A DNA stretch of 60,337 nt, filler included. It is 7 parts of 7 records of this genome, joined end to end, with 100 filler letters (N's around TTAATTAATTAA, not from the genome) between each part and the next. Parts side by side here need not be neighbours in the genome. Positions count along the whole stretch, not along the records: positions 29,972 to 36,667 come from SRR31147125_11340; positions 36,768 to 41,960 come from SRR31147125_11341; positions 42,061 to 60,337 come from SRR31147125_11356; 4 more parts are not named here. The stretch is one strand, 5' to 3'. The notes under the pieces were generated by a model. The model was not told the origin of the DNA and did no database searches. It saw only the letters and a program-made list of their open reading frames with translations. A program made the position numbers and the translations under genes. Below are positions 32,799 through 44,206 of the stretch, one piece after another. The stretch's first letter is position 1, and every line of letters starts with the position of its first letter.

Positions 32799-35227
32799 AT
32801 GGGAGAGCATAAGGAAAAACTCATGAAAGACTTAATATTTACAGGTATATCAGATGACGACACGGAATTGATTCCGATAATAGCTGATGGTGATGAAGAT
32901 GAACTCAAGAATTTTCAGGCTCCAGAAGTACTGCCAATATTACCACTTAGGAACACCGTGTTGTTCCCTGGTGTAGTTATCCCAATTTCGGTTGGGAGGC
33001 AAAAATCGCTACAATTGATTCGCGAGGCTTTTCAGGAGATAAGCTACTAGGTACAGTAACTCAAAAGGATGCTCAGCAGGATGATCCTTTAACCTCTGAA
33101 ATTTATGGAATTGGTACAGTAGCTCAAATTTTGAAAATTCTTGAGATGCCAGATGGGTCAACATCTGTAATTATTCAAGGAAAGCGTCGGTTTAAAGTTG
33201 AAGAATATATTCAGGAATTACCCTATTATAAAGCAAAGGTATCTTTATTGAATGAAGAAGTTCCTAAAAAGGAAACAGCTGAGTTTAGTGCCATTGTTGG
33301 TTCTTTAAAAGACCTGTCGATAAAAATAGCGCAATACTCATCAAATGTGCCTCCAGAGGCAACTTTTGCTGTAAAGAATATCGAGAATTCAACATTTCTA
33401 ATCAACTTTATTTGTTCTAATACCGATCTCAAGGTTGAAGAAAAGCAGAGTCTACTTGAGATTGATGATATTCGGGAAAGAGGGATACAGGCAATTTCAT
33501 TTCTTGTAAAAGAAGTGCAAATGGCAGAACTGAAGCAGGATATTCAATCAAAAGTAAAAACTGATTTAGATCAGCAGCAGCGTGAGTTTTTATTGAACCA
33601 GCAGATTAAAACAATTCAGGATGAGTTAGGCGGGAATCCGATTGAGCAAGAGATTGCTGAAATGAAAGAAGCCGCGAAAAAGAAAAAGTGGAGTGAAGAA
33701 GTATCCATGTTTTTCGATAAGGAAGTCAATAAACTTCATCGGTTAAATCCTGCGGCTGGAGAATACTCTGTGCAGTTTTCTTATTGCCAAACATTGCTTG
33801 ACTTGCCTTGGAATGAATACACAACAGATAATTTCGATTTAAAGCATGCTGAGAACGTTCTTGATGAAGATCATTATGGTCTTGAGAAGGTGAAAGAGCG
33901 TATTTTGGAGCATCTGGCCGTTTTAAAATTGAAGAATGACATGAAGGCTCCAATACTTTGCTTATATGGTCCTCCAGGGGTAGGGAAAACCTCTCTTGGG
34001 AAATCAATTGCAAGGTCTTTAGATCGAAAATACATTCGAATGAGTTTGGGTGGTTTGCATGATGAATCTGAGATTCGTGGACACCGAAAAACATATATAG
34101 GAGCTATGCCTGGTCGAATTCTTCAAAATATAAAGAAGGCTAAAACTTCAAACCCTGTATTTATTTTGGATGAAATTGATAAGGTGTCAAAAGATTTTCA
34201 TGGAGATCCTGCATCTGCTTTGTTGGAGGTTCTTGATCCGGAGCAGAACAGTGAGTTTCATGACAATTATGTTGAAGTTGATTACGATCTTTCAAAAGTG
34301 ATGTTCGTTGCGACAGCGAATACATTAAATACAATAGCACCTCCATTGCGGGATCGTTTGGAGCTAATTAATGTTAATGGATACATTGTTGAAGAGAAGA
34401 TTGAAATTGCCAAACGACATTTAATACCTAAGCAACTTGAGGCGCATGGTGTAGGCAAAAAACAAGTTAGTTTTCCAAAGGATGTAATGGAGCATATAGT
34501 AGAGCATTACACCCGGGAATCAGGTGTTCGTGAATTGGATAAGAAAATAGCAAAGGTTGTTCGTCGAATTGCTAAAAAAATAGCTTTTGAGGAACCATTT
34601 AACCAAAAACTATGCAAAGATGATATTCGCGAATATTTGGGTGTAATCGAATACAATCGTGAATCATATCAGGGGAATGAAATACCTGGAGTTGTTACTG
34701 GTTTGGCATGGACTGCTCATGGAGGTGAAATACTATTTGTTGAATCTAGTATTAGCAAAGGAAGCTCTAAGTTGACATTGACTGGAAATTTGGGGGATGT
34801 GATGAAAGAATCGGCCATGTTGGCATTGGAATATTTGAAATCGTATACCGAAGAGTTAGGGATTAAGTCTGATGTCTTTGATAAGAATAATTTCCACATT
34901 CATGTTCCTGAAGGTGCAATTCCTAAGGATGGTCCATCAGCAGGCGTAACTATGGTAACTTCATTGGCGTCAGTTTTAACTGGACGAAAAGTTCGCAAGA
35001 ATATTGCCATGACTGGTGAGATTACCTTGAGAGGAAAAGTTCTTCCGGTAGGAGGTATTAAAGAAAAAATACTTGCAGCAAAGCGTGCAGGAATAAAGGA
35101 GATATTGCTTTCTGAAAATAATAAGAAAGATCTTGAGGAAATTAAAGATGTTTACCTGAAAGGGCTCAAGTTTAAGTTTGTAAAAACAATAGGAGAACTT
35201 TTAGAGTATGCGTTATTGAAAAAATAA
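32799..35227 (+). CDS. lon: Lon protease (frameshift ~33036)
   Basis: LPLRNTVLFP, GPPGVGKT, LDEIDK, PKDGPSAG, VGGIKEK. Confidence 0.97.
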
Positions 35228-35992
35228 TTAGTTAATCGGAAAGCAGTCTAGCTTTTCGAAAAAGTTAAGACCTGTGCGGTTCAGAGGCTCTTCAATACTG
35301 ATGTCTTTATGCTGAATCACACAGGTTTTGTTTTTGCGTTCAATTCGTCTTAAGTATTGGAGGTTAATGTAGGAGGATCGGCTGATTTTTACAAAACTAG
35401 GAGAGTCAATTGTCGATATGATTTTCAAGATGTTCATAGTTATTACCTCCGAGTTCCCATCAATTGTGTAAATTACCGTGTTCGTGTTTTCAATTCGCAA
35501 TAGCATAATATTGTCCGGATTAATGAGTATTATACCAGAGCGGGTTGGAAATTTAATTTTGGGGTTGGATTTGTTGTTTTTTACGAAAAGATCCATCCTT
35601 CTTTCAAGTTCCTTGCGTTTATTGTTTGTCTTTAGTCTGTTAATTACTGAAATTAGTTCTTCTGGTCCAAATGGTTTAATAAGATAATCCAGTGGTTTAA
35701 CTTTTAAGGCTTTGAAAGCATATTCGGAGTAAGCTGTTGTGAAAACGACTTCAGTATTTAATTTTTCCTCTTTAATCATAGTTGCAACTTCAATGCCATT
35801 AATCTCGGGCATGTCAATATCCAAGAACACCAGATTGGGAACTTTCTTTTTTATGAGCTTAATGCCTTTGTGAGGATTTGACGTTTTATCAAGTATTTCG
35901 ACTTCATGAAAAGGTTGGAGATAAATTTCTAGTAGGGAAATTGCCTCTTCTTCATCGTCAATAATTATGGCGGTAATCTTGTTGTCAATCAT
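35228..35992 (-). CDS. LytTR response regulator
   Basis: IIDDE, FLDIDMP, IKP; LytTR ISRSSYINL. Confidence 0.92.
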   Translation of the reverse strand: MIDNKITAIIIDDEEEAISLLEIYLQPFHEVEILDKTSNPHKGIKLIKKKVPNLVFLDIDMPEINGIEVATMIKEEKLNTEVVFTTAYSEYAFKALKVKPLDYLIKPFGPEELISVINRLKTNNKRKELERRMDLFVKNNKSNPKIKFPTRSGIILINPDNIMLLRIENTNTVIYTIDGNSEVITMNILKIISTIDSPSFVKISRSSYINLQYLRRIERKNKTCVIQHKDISIEEPLNRTGLNFFEKLDCFPIN

Positions 35993-36004
35993 CTTTCTAA
36001 AGTA

Positions 36005-36667
36005 TTAGATGCTCATGTCGCAAAGAATTTTAATTTGCTTTGCAGAGCCACGCAGCTTAATTTCCTTATTAGTTGCCAACAAAGTACACGAGTTATCATT
36101 TCTACTAACTTTCCAAAGTTTATCAAGGTTAATTAGTGCTGAACGTCCAATCCTAAAGAAGCGGTAGTTTTCCAGTAGCTTCTCTATTTTTGAAAGGTAA
36201 ACGTTTGCAAGTTCAATATTTCCATTCGAAAGGTGAATGTCTGTATAAGGTCCTTCAGCAGCACAGTATATAATGTCATTAGGATCGATTAAGACATGAC
36301 TGTTTTTAGATGATATTTTAAGTTTTAGGGGGTGGTCGATATTTTCAAGAACTTTGTCAAGTTTTTCGTTGATATTCAAGTCCATCTTTATCCTGTACTT
36401 TTCAATCAGCTTATATAATTCCACTTCATTAACAGGTTTAAGCAGAAAATCGAAAACCTGATTTCTTATTGCTTCAATCGCTGCGTCAGGGTATGCACTT
36501 ATAATAACGATATTCGTATTTAGATTGCGTTTTTTTACTAATTCAATAAACTCAATGCCCGACTTCCCAGGCATGATAATATCTAAGAAAACAATATCTG
36601 GATTAATATCTATAAACTTAAAAAGGCCTTCCTCTGCACTTTCAGCTTCATGTACTTCCAGGATTCC
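36005..36667 (-). CDS. LytTR response regulator (5' partial)
   Basis: FLDIIMP, LLKP, AEGPYT, RIGRSALINL. Confidence 0.92.
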   Translation of the reverse strand, partial: GILEVHEAESAEEGLFKFIDINPDIVFLDIIMPGKSGIEFIELVKKRNLNTNIVIISAYPDAAIEAIRNQVFDFLLKPVNEVELYKLIEKYRIKMDLNINEKLDKVLENIDHPLKLKISSKNSHVLIDPNDIIYCAAEGPYTDIHLSNGNIELANVYLSKIEKLLENYRFFRIGRSALINLDKLWKVSRNDNSCTLLATNKEIKLRGSAKQIKILCDMSI

Positions 36668-36767
36668 NNNNNNNNNNNNNNNNNNNNNNNNNNNNNNNNN
36701 NNNNNNNNNNNTTAATTAATTAANNNNNNNNNNNNNNNNNNNNNNNNNNNNNNNNNNNNNNNNNNNN
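36668..36767. other. Artificial contig linker
   Basis: N44-TTAATTAATTAA-N44. Confidence 0.99.
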
Positions 36768-36783
36768 TAATCTTTTAATCATT

Positions 36784-37761
36784 TTATCTTCCCTCCTCTA
36801 CTATGTCAGAGTACAAATCAACCAGAACAGACTCTTCATCTGGGAACGGACTGTTCACAGCAAATTCATGGGCATCTTTGAGCTCTTGAACTATTCTGTC
36901 TTCAATTTCCTTTAACTCCTCTAAAGTTGCTGTTCCGTCAGCAATGAGTTTGGCATGGAATAGTTTGATAGGATCTTTCTCAAGCCATTCGTCTAACTCT
37001 TCCTGAGGGCGATAATCAGCTGCATCACCTTCAAAATGACCAAAGTGCTTAAACGATTTGAATTCAAGTAGAGTAGGGCCTCCACCATTTCTAGCACGAT
37101 CAATAGCTTTCTTTGCGGCTTCATATACTACTACTACATCATTGCCGTCCACTATTTCACTTGGCATTCCGTATCCTACTGCACGATCTGCTATGTTAAT
37201 GTTTTTAGAAGTTTTATGAAGTCTTGTAGAAATCGCATACATATTATTTGTGCAGACAAAAACTACAGGAAGCATATGTACAGATGCAAAATTTAGAGCC
37301 TCATGGAATGATCCTTCGTTGCTTGCACCATCTCCAAAGTAACAAACGGTTACTTTGTTATCCTTTATTTTAGATCCAAGTGCAGCACCAGTAGAAATAG
37401 TTTGACCTGCACCAACTATACCGTTAGCTCCCAATACACCAAGGGCGCGGTTGGCTATGTGCATTGAACCACCTTTACCTTTGTTATATCCGTCTACACG
37501 ACCACACAGTTCTGCAAGCATAATCTTAGGGTCTGCGCCTTTTGCCAAAACATGTCCATGTCCCCTGTGTGTACTTGTTATGTAATCATCGTGGTTTAAA
37601 CATGCACTAACCCCAGTAGGCACAGCTTCTTCACCAGTGCTAAGATGAACGAACCCCTGAACATCACCCAGCATAAAGCTTTCACTGCATTGTTCTTCAA
37701 AGTATCTGATTTTGTTCATCATTTCATAGAACTGTAACAGTTTTTCTTTTGATAGATTCAT
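36784..37761 (-). CDS. acoA: TPP-dependent acetoin/2-oxoacid dehydrogenase E1 alpha
   Basis: GEEA, THRGHGH, GGSMH, GDGASN..NN, GHFEGD; next ATG at 36782 is probably the beta subunit. Confidence 0.88.
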   Translation of the reverse strand: MNLSKEKLLQFYEMMNKIRYFEEQCSESFMLGDVQGFVHLSTGEEAVPTGVSACLNHDDYITSTHRGHGHVLAKGADPKIMLAELCGRVDGYNKGKGGSMHIANRALGVLGANGIVGAGQTISTGAALGSKIKDNKVTVCYFGDGASNEGSFHEALNFASVHMLPVVFVCTNNMYAISTRLHKTSKNINIADRAVGYGMPSEIVDGNDVVVVYEAAKKAIDRARNGGGPTLLEFKSFKHFGHFEGDAADYRPQEELDEWLEKDPIKLFHAKLIADGTATLEELKEIEDRIVQELKDAHEFAVNSPFPDEESVLVDLYSDIVEEGR

Positions 37762-37800
37762 ATATTCCTCCTATTTATTTAGTCTTCAACTATATAAATA

Positions 37801-37816
37801 AGCAAAAACCGTGCCA
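37801..37816 (-). promoter_or_regulatory. Sigma-54 promoter of acoA
   Basis: TGGCACGGTTTTTGCT matches the -24/-12 consensus. Confidence 0.92.
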
Positions 37817-37954
37817 AGTTGCACTATTTGAATAAAAAATGTCTATTTATTCAAATAAAATTAAAAATAATGCTTTTTCAAGGGTTTTCAGAGTCTGATT
37901 ATACGCCGTAAAACATAGAAGCAATAATCTCGATGCTCTTTAAAAGGTATTATA

Positions 37955-38022
37955 GTATCAATTTGATACGGTAAAACAAAATAAGTGTATCATTTTGAGA
38001 ATCGTCTCAAAATGATACACTT
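37955..38022. promoter_or_regulatory. Upstream activator sites for the AcoR-like bEBP
   Basis: GTATCAATTTGATAC, GTATCATTTTGAGA, TCTCAAAATGATAC; 140-210 bp upstream of the promoter. Confidence 0.7.
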
Positions 38023-38049
38023 GCAAAGATGAACCTGTATTTATTTGCA

Positions 38050-39953
38050 CTAATATTGGATGTTGTATTTTTTTATCTTTCTGTAGATTGTAGCCTTTCC
38101 TATATCCAGCTGTTTAGCTGCTTTTGTGATATTCCCGCTGCAGTGATTTATCGCACGAATTATCATATCCTTTTCAGCATCTTCCAAAGTAGAAATCTCC
38201 TTTTGATCTGGTTCAAAATACTGAACAGTTTGATGCTCATCGCTTTTAAAATCATTCGGCAACAGATCACTGGTAATTCTGTTGGACTCGCAAAGGAAGT
38301 ATGCACGGCTGACGATGTTTTGTAGTTCTCGGACATTGCCTTCAAATGGATAAGCGAGCAACCTATCAATAAAATCCGGAGCCATTTCGTCTATAATCGT
38401 GTCATTTTCGGAATTCAACCTCTCAAGAAAGACTTCACTGAGCAATCTGATGTCTCCTTTTCTCTCCCGCAGACTGGGTATATGAATCTTCATTGCATTG
38501 ATCCTATAAAGCAAATCCAGTCTGAAATTCTTACTCTTAACATCATTTTCAAGGTTTCTGTTGGTTGCCGATATAACACGAACATCTACGTCTTTTTCTG
38601 TCTTGGATCCAATTCTGTTTATTTTACCTGTATCAAGCGCTCTTAATAGTTTTGGCTGAATATCAATTGGTAATTCTCCGATTTCATCTAGAAACAAAGT
38701 TCCTCCTGATGCAAGCTCAAATTTACCAGGCCTGCCGCCCCTGTCAGCATTGGTAAAAGATCCTCCTTCATAGCCAAAGAGCTCGCTTTCCACGAGATTT
38801 TGAGGTAGAGCAGCACAGTTCAGTGCAATGAATGGGCCTTCTTTTCGTTTGCTATGATTATGGATTGCCTGAGCAAACAGTTCCTTTCCTGTGCCGCTTT
38901 CACCACTGATTAGTACAGCACAGTTGATTTTACTGATTTTTTTAGCATCAGCAATTTTCTTGCGCATTATTTTATCATTGGTAATAATGTCATCAAAGCA
39001 GCTGTATGCTGTATTCCCTATCATTCTGTTAATATATTTGTTTACAGCCTGATCCTTTCTAAAGACAATAGCAAGACCGATTTTTTCTAAATAATCCAGG
39101 AATATAACATTGCCAGTACAAGGGATAGCATCACTGCCAAGTCTAAATCCAATATTGTATCTTGAAGAAGATATTTCGTCAAAATCCAGATCAAAGACAT
39201 ATTTGGTTATAGGCTGGTTTTTCAACTTGCTCTCTTTGATGCCCAAATAGGCGGAAACCTTCTGGCTTGTAAAACTGATTTTGTTGAAGCTATCAAGAAC
39301 TATGACGGCTTCTGTAATTGAATTAAGACCATTCTCCATAAATTGAATCAATTTGGAATGCTTGAGTTCATTGGTTATAAGTTGAGCTCCAGCCTGCACC
39401 ATTCCTAGTGAATGGCTGCTGGAATCCTTGTTAATAACGGTGCTAACAAGCGTCCCTACAATTATATTGTCATCATCATAAATAGGCACCGCACAACAGC
39501 TAAATTTTTTATGGTTCTTAGAATAATGTTCATATGCATCGGTCTTAAATGGTTTTTTATAACGAATAGCAAGTGAGCTCGCATTAGTACCAACTACTTC
39601 CTCACTCCATAGCGCCCCAACTTGATAGGTGTTTTTTTCGCCTGTTCCAATTCGTTTGTTTTACCGACAATATTTATAATAACCTCATCTCGGTTAATGA
39701 CTAGAAGCAGCGTACCTTCCTGATCGAACATTTCAAAGAGACTTTGTATAATTGGTCTTGAATAGACTAATAGATCATTGTCTCTATCACACATTTCAAA
39801 ATAATCTTTAACAGCAAGCAGGCGTCCTCCGCTGTTTTTGACATCAATTCCCATTTCCCTGCAGCGTTTCCAGGAATCCAATATCTCTTTTCGAATGCCT
39901 TTAATTTCTAAAGCACCATTAACAAAAGCCTCCCATTCCTTTTGTGATTGTTC
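38050..39953 (-). CDS. acoR: AcoR-like sigma-54 activator GAF-PAS-AAA-Fis (frameshift ~39615; start uncertain)
   Basis: ILDSWKRC, WSEEVVGTNA, GESGTGKE, ESELFGYEGGSFTNA, KATIYRK. Confidence 0.88.
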
Positions 39954-41255
39954 TTAATAATAGTGGACACCTCGCTTTTTCCTGTCAGTTGATTTCAATA
40001 TACCGTTTGTTACCCTATATTTGGCTACTGTTCGTCTAGAGACATGATATCCCATCGCCTCCAATTGATCTGCAATGCTCTGATCACTTAAAGGCTTTTC
40101 TTTGTTTTCCTGTTGTATAACTGCTTTCATTTTGGCTATAATCAAGTCGCTTGAAAAATCTCTACCGTCGCCTTTAGTACTGTAAGGACGTCTGAAAAAA
40201 TATTTTAAAGGAAAAATGCCATATAGGCACTGCAAATACTTACTGCCGACAGCCCTGCTGATTGTTGATATACTCAAATCAAGCTCCTCAGCAACATCTT
40301 TTAAAATCAGCGGTTTTAAATGTCCCTTTCCCTTTTGAAAGAAGAGCTTTTGATGGTTTAGTATAACTCTCGAAACGCGTTCCAGCGTTCGATTCCTTTT
40401 GGCTACAGCATCACGTATCATCAATGACTGGTTTATCTTCTGCTGTAGGTATGTTTTCGTTTCATCATCTGAAGTGACTTTCATCATCTTTAGATAATCG
40501 GTATTAACATATATCTTCGGCATTAAGGCCTCATTAAGCCTCACTGTCAATTGATCATTATCTGTCTCAACATATATGTCAGGTACAAGTATAACATTGC
40601 TATCACTATACGCAAATCCTGCCGCAGGTTTCGGGCTGAGTCCTTTAATTCTTTCAACAGCCTGTAGCACTTTCTCTTTAGGGATGTTAAGTGATTTGCT
40701 GATGGCGTTCATGTCATTTTGTGCCACTTCATTAAGGTGGTTTTTCAATATCTTCAAGGCAACAGTATCGTTTTTTGGCGTCTGAAGCATAAGACAGTGC
40801 TTTAGACTAAAGGCACCAATGCCTATGGGCTCGAATTCGTGAAGCTTGGATAGACCTCTCTCAAGCAGTGACCTATCAAAAGTTTGCATCAGAGATTCAA
40901 GACTACATCTGAAGTATCCATCATCATCCAGTTGATCTATAAGGTGACGAACACATTTATACAATTCTTGGTCAGTCTTTACAAGATTAAGCTGATCAAC
41001 TAGGCTTTGGTACAGACTCTTATTGTTAACTTTCTCTGTAGCTTCATAGGTTGCAGATTTCATCCCCGAAGATCCAATACTGCTGTAGATAACCTGCAAA
41101 GTAGGATTCACTTGACAGACATCATTTAGGTAGGACCGAAGTTCATCTGAGCCATAATGCAAAACTTGTAGCATATGCTGTAACTGCTGTGAAAGTGTGG
41201 TTATCTGTTGAATTTCTTGAAATAAGTTGTTTTGTATATCTATAGCCATTCCCAA
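39954..41255 (-). CDS. rpoN: RNA polymerase sigma-54
   Basis: Gln/Leu-rich region I, EPIGIGA, STISRA, RpoN box SRRTVAKYR. Confidence 0.96.
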   Translation of the reverse strand: MGMAIDIQNNLFQEIQQITTLSQQLQHMLQVLHYGSDELRSYLNDVCQVNPTLQVIYSSIGSSGMKSATYEATEKVNNKSLYQSLVDQLNLVKTDQELYKCVRHLIDQLDDDGYFRCSLESLMQTFDRSLLERGLSKLHEFEPIGIGAFSLKHCLMLQTPKNDTVALKILKNHLNEVAQNDMNAISKSLNIPKEKVLQAVERIKGLSPKPAAGFAYSDSNVILVPDIYVETDNDQLTVRLNEALMPKIYVNTDYLKMMKVTSDDETKTYLQQKINQSLMIRDAVAKRNRTLERVSRVILNHQKLFFQKGKGHLKPLILKDVAEELDLSISTISRAVGSKYLQCLYGIFPLKYFFRRPYSTKGDGRDFSSDLIIAKMKAVIQQENKEKPLSDQSIADQLEAMGYHVSRRTVAKYRVTNGILKSTDRKKRGVHYY

Positions 41256-41677
41256 TTATCTCCCCTTTAGAATAGGAGCATGAATACCATACATTAACTT
41301 TCTCATCCTACCCTTAAAAAACATACTTTGTTTATTCTGACATAATAATAGGAGGTGTTTTTTTGTTGTTAATAAATTTGACCAAAATCAAATTTCAACT
41401 TGCATTTTGGTATTAAAGCATGTATACCGAAGAACGCACTCTTTTAATATCCTTAAGGTAGGTATCATTCGTTTCTTTATTGTATCAACATTAATTATAT
41501 TGCATTTTCTATACAATATCAATATTTGGGTTTTGGCGCATAGAAGGATTCAGTACCTGAATCATATTGCCAAGCAAGATCAGCATCTGCCCCTTGAGTA
41601 TTGGTTTTTTAAGCATCTTCCAAAGTAGACATGCATTGTTTCGCTTAGGAAGCAGTCTGATTTAATTTGTACACATA

Positions 41678-41960
41678 TCAACCTCTGTCACAATTTATAC
41701 CGATTTCTATTTTGCTATCTTTCTCATAGCCGTCCAACTCACTTACAAATCCTGTAATTTGATTCATCAGTAGTTTTTTGACAAATGGAACCATAGCTAT
41801 GTCTTTACCGTTGATTTTAAGCGTGATATCACCTGTACCTATTACGCAATCAGAGCGACGCTTTTCTCCTTTTAAGATAAGTGAGCACATTTCTCGACAT
41901 GAATGACCACAAGCATCACAGCACTTTGGGTCAAAATCCGGTAGCAATGGGAAAGTTTTT
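41678..41960 (-). CDS. C-terminus of MobB-like protein with Fe-S (CxxCGxxC) module (partial)
   Basis: CCDACGHSC...RRSDC, LKINGKDIAMVPFV. Confidence 0.65.
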
Positions 41961-42060
41961 NNNNNNNNNNNNNNNNNNNNNNNNNNNNNNNNNNNNNNNN
42001 NNNNTTAATTAATTAANNNNNNNNNNNNNNNNNNNNNNNNNNNNNNNNNNNNNNNNNNNN
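41961..42060. other. Artificial contig linker
   Basis: N44-TTAATTAATTAA-N44. Confidence 0.99.
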
Positions 42061-42236
42061 TTTTTTTGACAAAAACAAATAAGCTTGAATTTTACTGAAT
42101 TTAAGATTGGAATTTTTTTATACATTCATAACAAATATAACTCCTTTTTTTATTATATATTATAGAAGGAAAAAATAAAAGGTAAAATATAATGTTTTTA
42201 TTATTCAATAAAAGATAAAATTATAGTATAAAAAGC

Positions 42237-42263
42237 TAAACAAGTTATTAAAAATGACGATAT
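42237..42263 (+). promoter_or_regulatory. Sigma-28 promoter of fliK
   Basis: TAAA-N15-GACGATAT. Confidence 0.65.
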
Positions 42264-42329
42264 ATATATTGTAAAGACAAATTGTAAAATCATTTAAGAA
42301 AACAATACTATAAAGAAGGGAGGAGCTAA

Positions 42330-43685
42330 ATGGAAATATCCATGAATTTCGAAGCTCGTGAAAGCTTTAGTGAAAGCGTAAATACCTCAAAGCAAACCCC
42401 AAAAAGCGGTAATAATGATTTTAGAAATGTTATAAGTAAAAACAAGTCTAAGGTTGTTGCTGATAACAAAGGGGTTAGTGATGAGGCAAGCGCAGATGCT
42501 ACTGTAAGTGGTGAGAGTGCCGATAATGGCGATGATGTTGATAGCATAAATCAAGATATGCTAACCTACATTAAAAAATTCTTAGGTGAAACTACTAACA
42601 CCACTATAAAAAGCGAACAACCTTTACTGGAAGACAGTGAAGAGGCAGACGATGTATTGCTTGAAGATTTGACTGAAAAAATCGTTGATATTCTCGAAGG
42701 ATTCGGATTGTTAAATGAGCAAAACGGCGATATCAAATTGGATAAGGAGACTTTGGATTATATCTTTTCTGAACTTGGCAAGGATGAGCTAAATAATAAT
42801 GAAAAGACGAATAATTTGGTGTTTGGAGAACTAGCAGGGACGCAAGAAGTTAGTCCAAATGAAACCAATCAAGAGTTAAAAGAATTGGTTCTACAGTATC
42901 TAAGCTCTTTGGAGAATTCTAACGAAAAAATTAATACAATTAGCGGTGAAGTGATTGCAAGCAATGATGGCGTTAAGACGGATGATGAACAAGCAAAGAG
43001 TATTACTTATCAAAGTAAAGAAATAGACTTTGGTAAGCTTAATGCTATGGTTCAAAAAGCTGTAAAACAAGCCACAGGAAACGAACAATCAAAAAATGAT
43101 GATATGGATTTGTCAGGCAAGCAGCCGCAAAATATCAATGCCGATATTCAAATCAAACAAGATTCAAATCAAGTGCAAAAAAATAATGCAAGTTTTTCTG
43201 AAACTTTTAATGCGCAAGCTAATGCTAGTGCTGAGGATGTATCGGATAATGTTGCAAAAATTGTAAGCAGAATGTCTTCGCATATAACCGAAGGTAAATC
43301 TGAGTTTGATGTTGAACTTAAACCTGAATTTTTAGGGAAAGTATCAATCAAGTTGATTTCTGAAAATGGTGAGATGAAAGCTATGATAAAAGCTGGAAAC
43401 AATGAAGCCAGAGCGATGATTGCAGATCAACTTTCGATGCTGAACGATTCACTAAAAGATAAAGGTATTAATGTTTCGAGTATAGACGTTGTATACGATA
43501 GTGCAAGTCTTGATATGTCTAGCCAAAACTTTTTGAATCAACAAAACGAGCAAAATGACAGAAGGAACAATGGGAGCAAAAGAACAAGACAAAACATTGT
43601 TGAATCGCTCTCATATGATATTTTACCTGAGGTCGAGACTGCTGAAATATCAGTTAGAAACTCTTCGGTAGAATTTAGTGCATAG
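42330..43685 (+). CDS. fliK: Hook-length control protein
   Basis: Low-complexity N-terminus; LKPEFLGKV C-terminal domain. Confidence 0.88.
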   Translation: MEISMNFEARESFSESVNTSKQTPKSGNNDFRNVISKNKSKVVADNKGVSDEASADATVSGESADNGDDVDSINQDMLTYIKKFLGETTNTTIKSEQPLLEDSEEADDVLLEDLTEKIVDILEGFGLLNEQNGDIKLDKETLDYIFSELGKDELNNNEKTNNLVFGELAGTQEVSPNETNQELKELVLQYLSSLENSNEKINTISGEVIASNDGVKTDDEQAKSITYQSKEIDFGKLNAMVQKAVKQATGNEQSKNDDMDLSGKQPQNINADIQIKQDSNQVQKNNASFSETFNAQANASAEDVSDNVAKIVSRMSSHITEGKSEFDVELKPEFLGKVSIKLISENGEMKAMIKAGNNEARAMIADQLSMLNDSLKDKGINVSSIDVVYDSASLDMSSQNFLNQQNEQNDRRNNGSKRTRQNIVESLSYDILPEVETAEISVRNSSVEFSA

Positions 43686-43690
43686 AATTA

Positions 43691-44158
43691 ATGGGGGAAA
43701 TAAATATGACTATTAGTAGTTCGACAGAAACAGCTTATACTGAATTAAGAACTTTAGCGGATAGCGAGAGAGAAGTAAGCAGTGAGCTTGGAAAAGAAGA
43801 TTTTCTGAATATTCTCGTAATGCAAATGGCAAATCAAAATCCGCTTGAACCAACAAGCGACACGGATTTTATTGCTCAACTTGCGCAGTTTTCAATGCTA
43901 GAACAAATGTCTAATTTGACAACAAGCTTTGATACATCTAGTGCATACTCGATGGTTGGTAAAAACGTTATTATAAGTACAGAAACTGAAGATTCAACAG
44001 ATTCTGAGGTTATTACTGGAAAAGTTGATGGTGTTTATACTCAGGATGGTTTGCATTATGTGCTTGTAGATGGTGAGCAATACCCTGTAACAGATGTAAT
44101 AGGGGTTTTAGACTCTGATATAACAGATTCAACTGATGATTCAAGCACTGAAGCATAA
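43691..44158 (+). CDS. flgD: Hook capping protein
   Basis: LGKEDFL...NQNPLEP...AQLAQFS. Confidence 0.95.
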   Translation: MGEINMTISSSTETAYTELRTLADSEREVSSELGKEDFLNILVMQMANQNPLEPTSDTDFIAQLAQFSMLEQMSNLTTSFDTSSAYSMVGKNVIISTETEDSTDSEVITGKVDGVYTQDGLHYVLVDGEQYPVTDVIGVLDSDITDSTDDSSTEA

Positions 44159-44206
44159 AGTAATTAGACAGCATGTTAATAATAAATCAAACAGGAGGAA
44201 AACAAT

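Noticed and set aside
35228-36667. Tandem LytTR regulators as an orphan system
   Set aside because: Contig ends upstream, so a kinase may simply be missing; receiver residues are canonical
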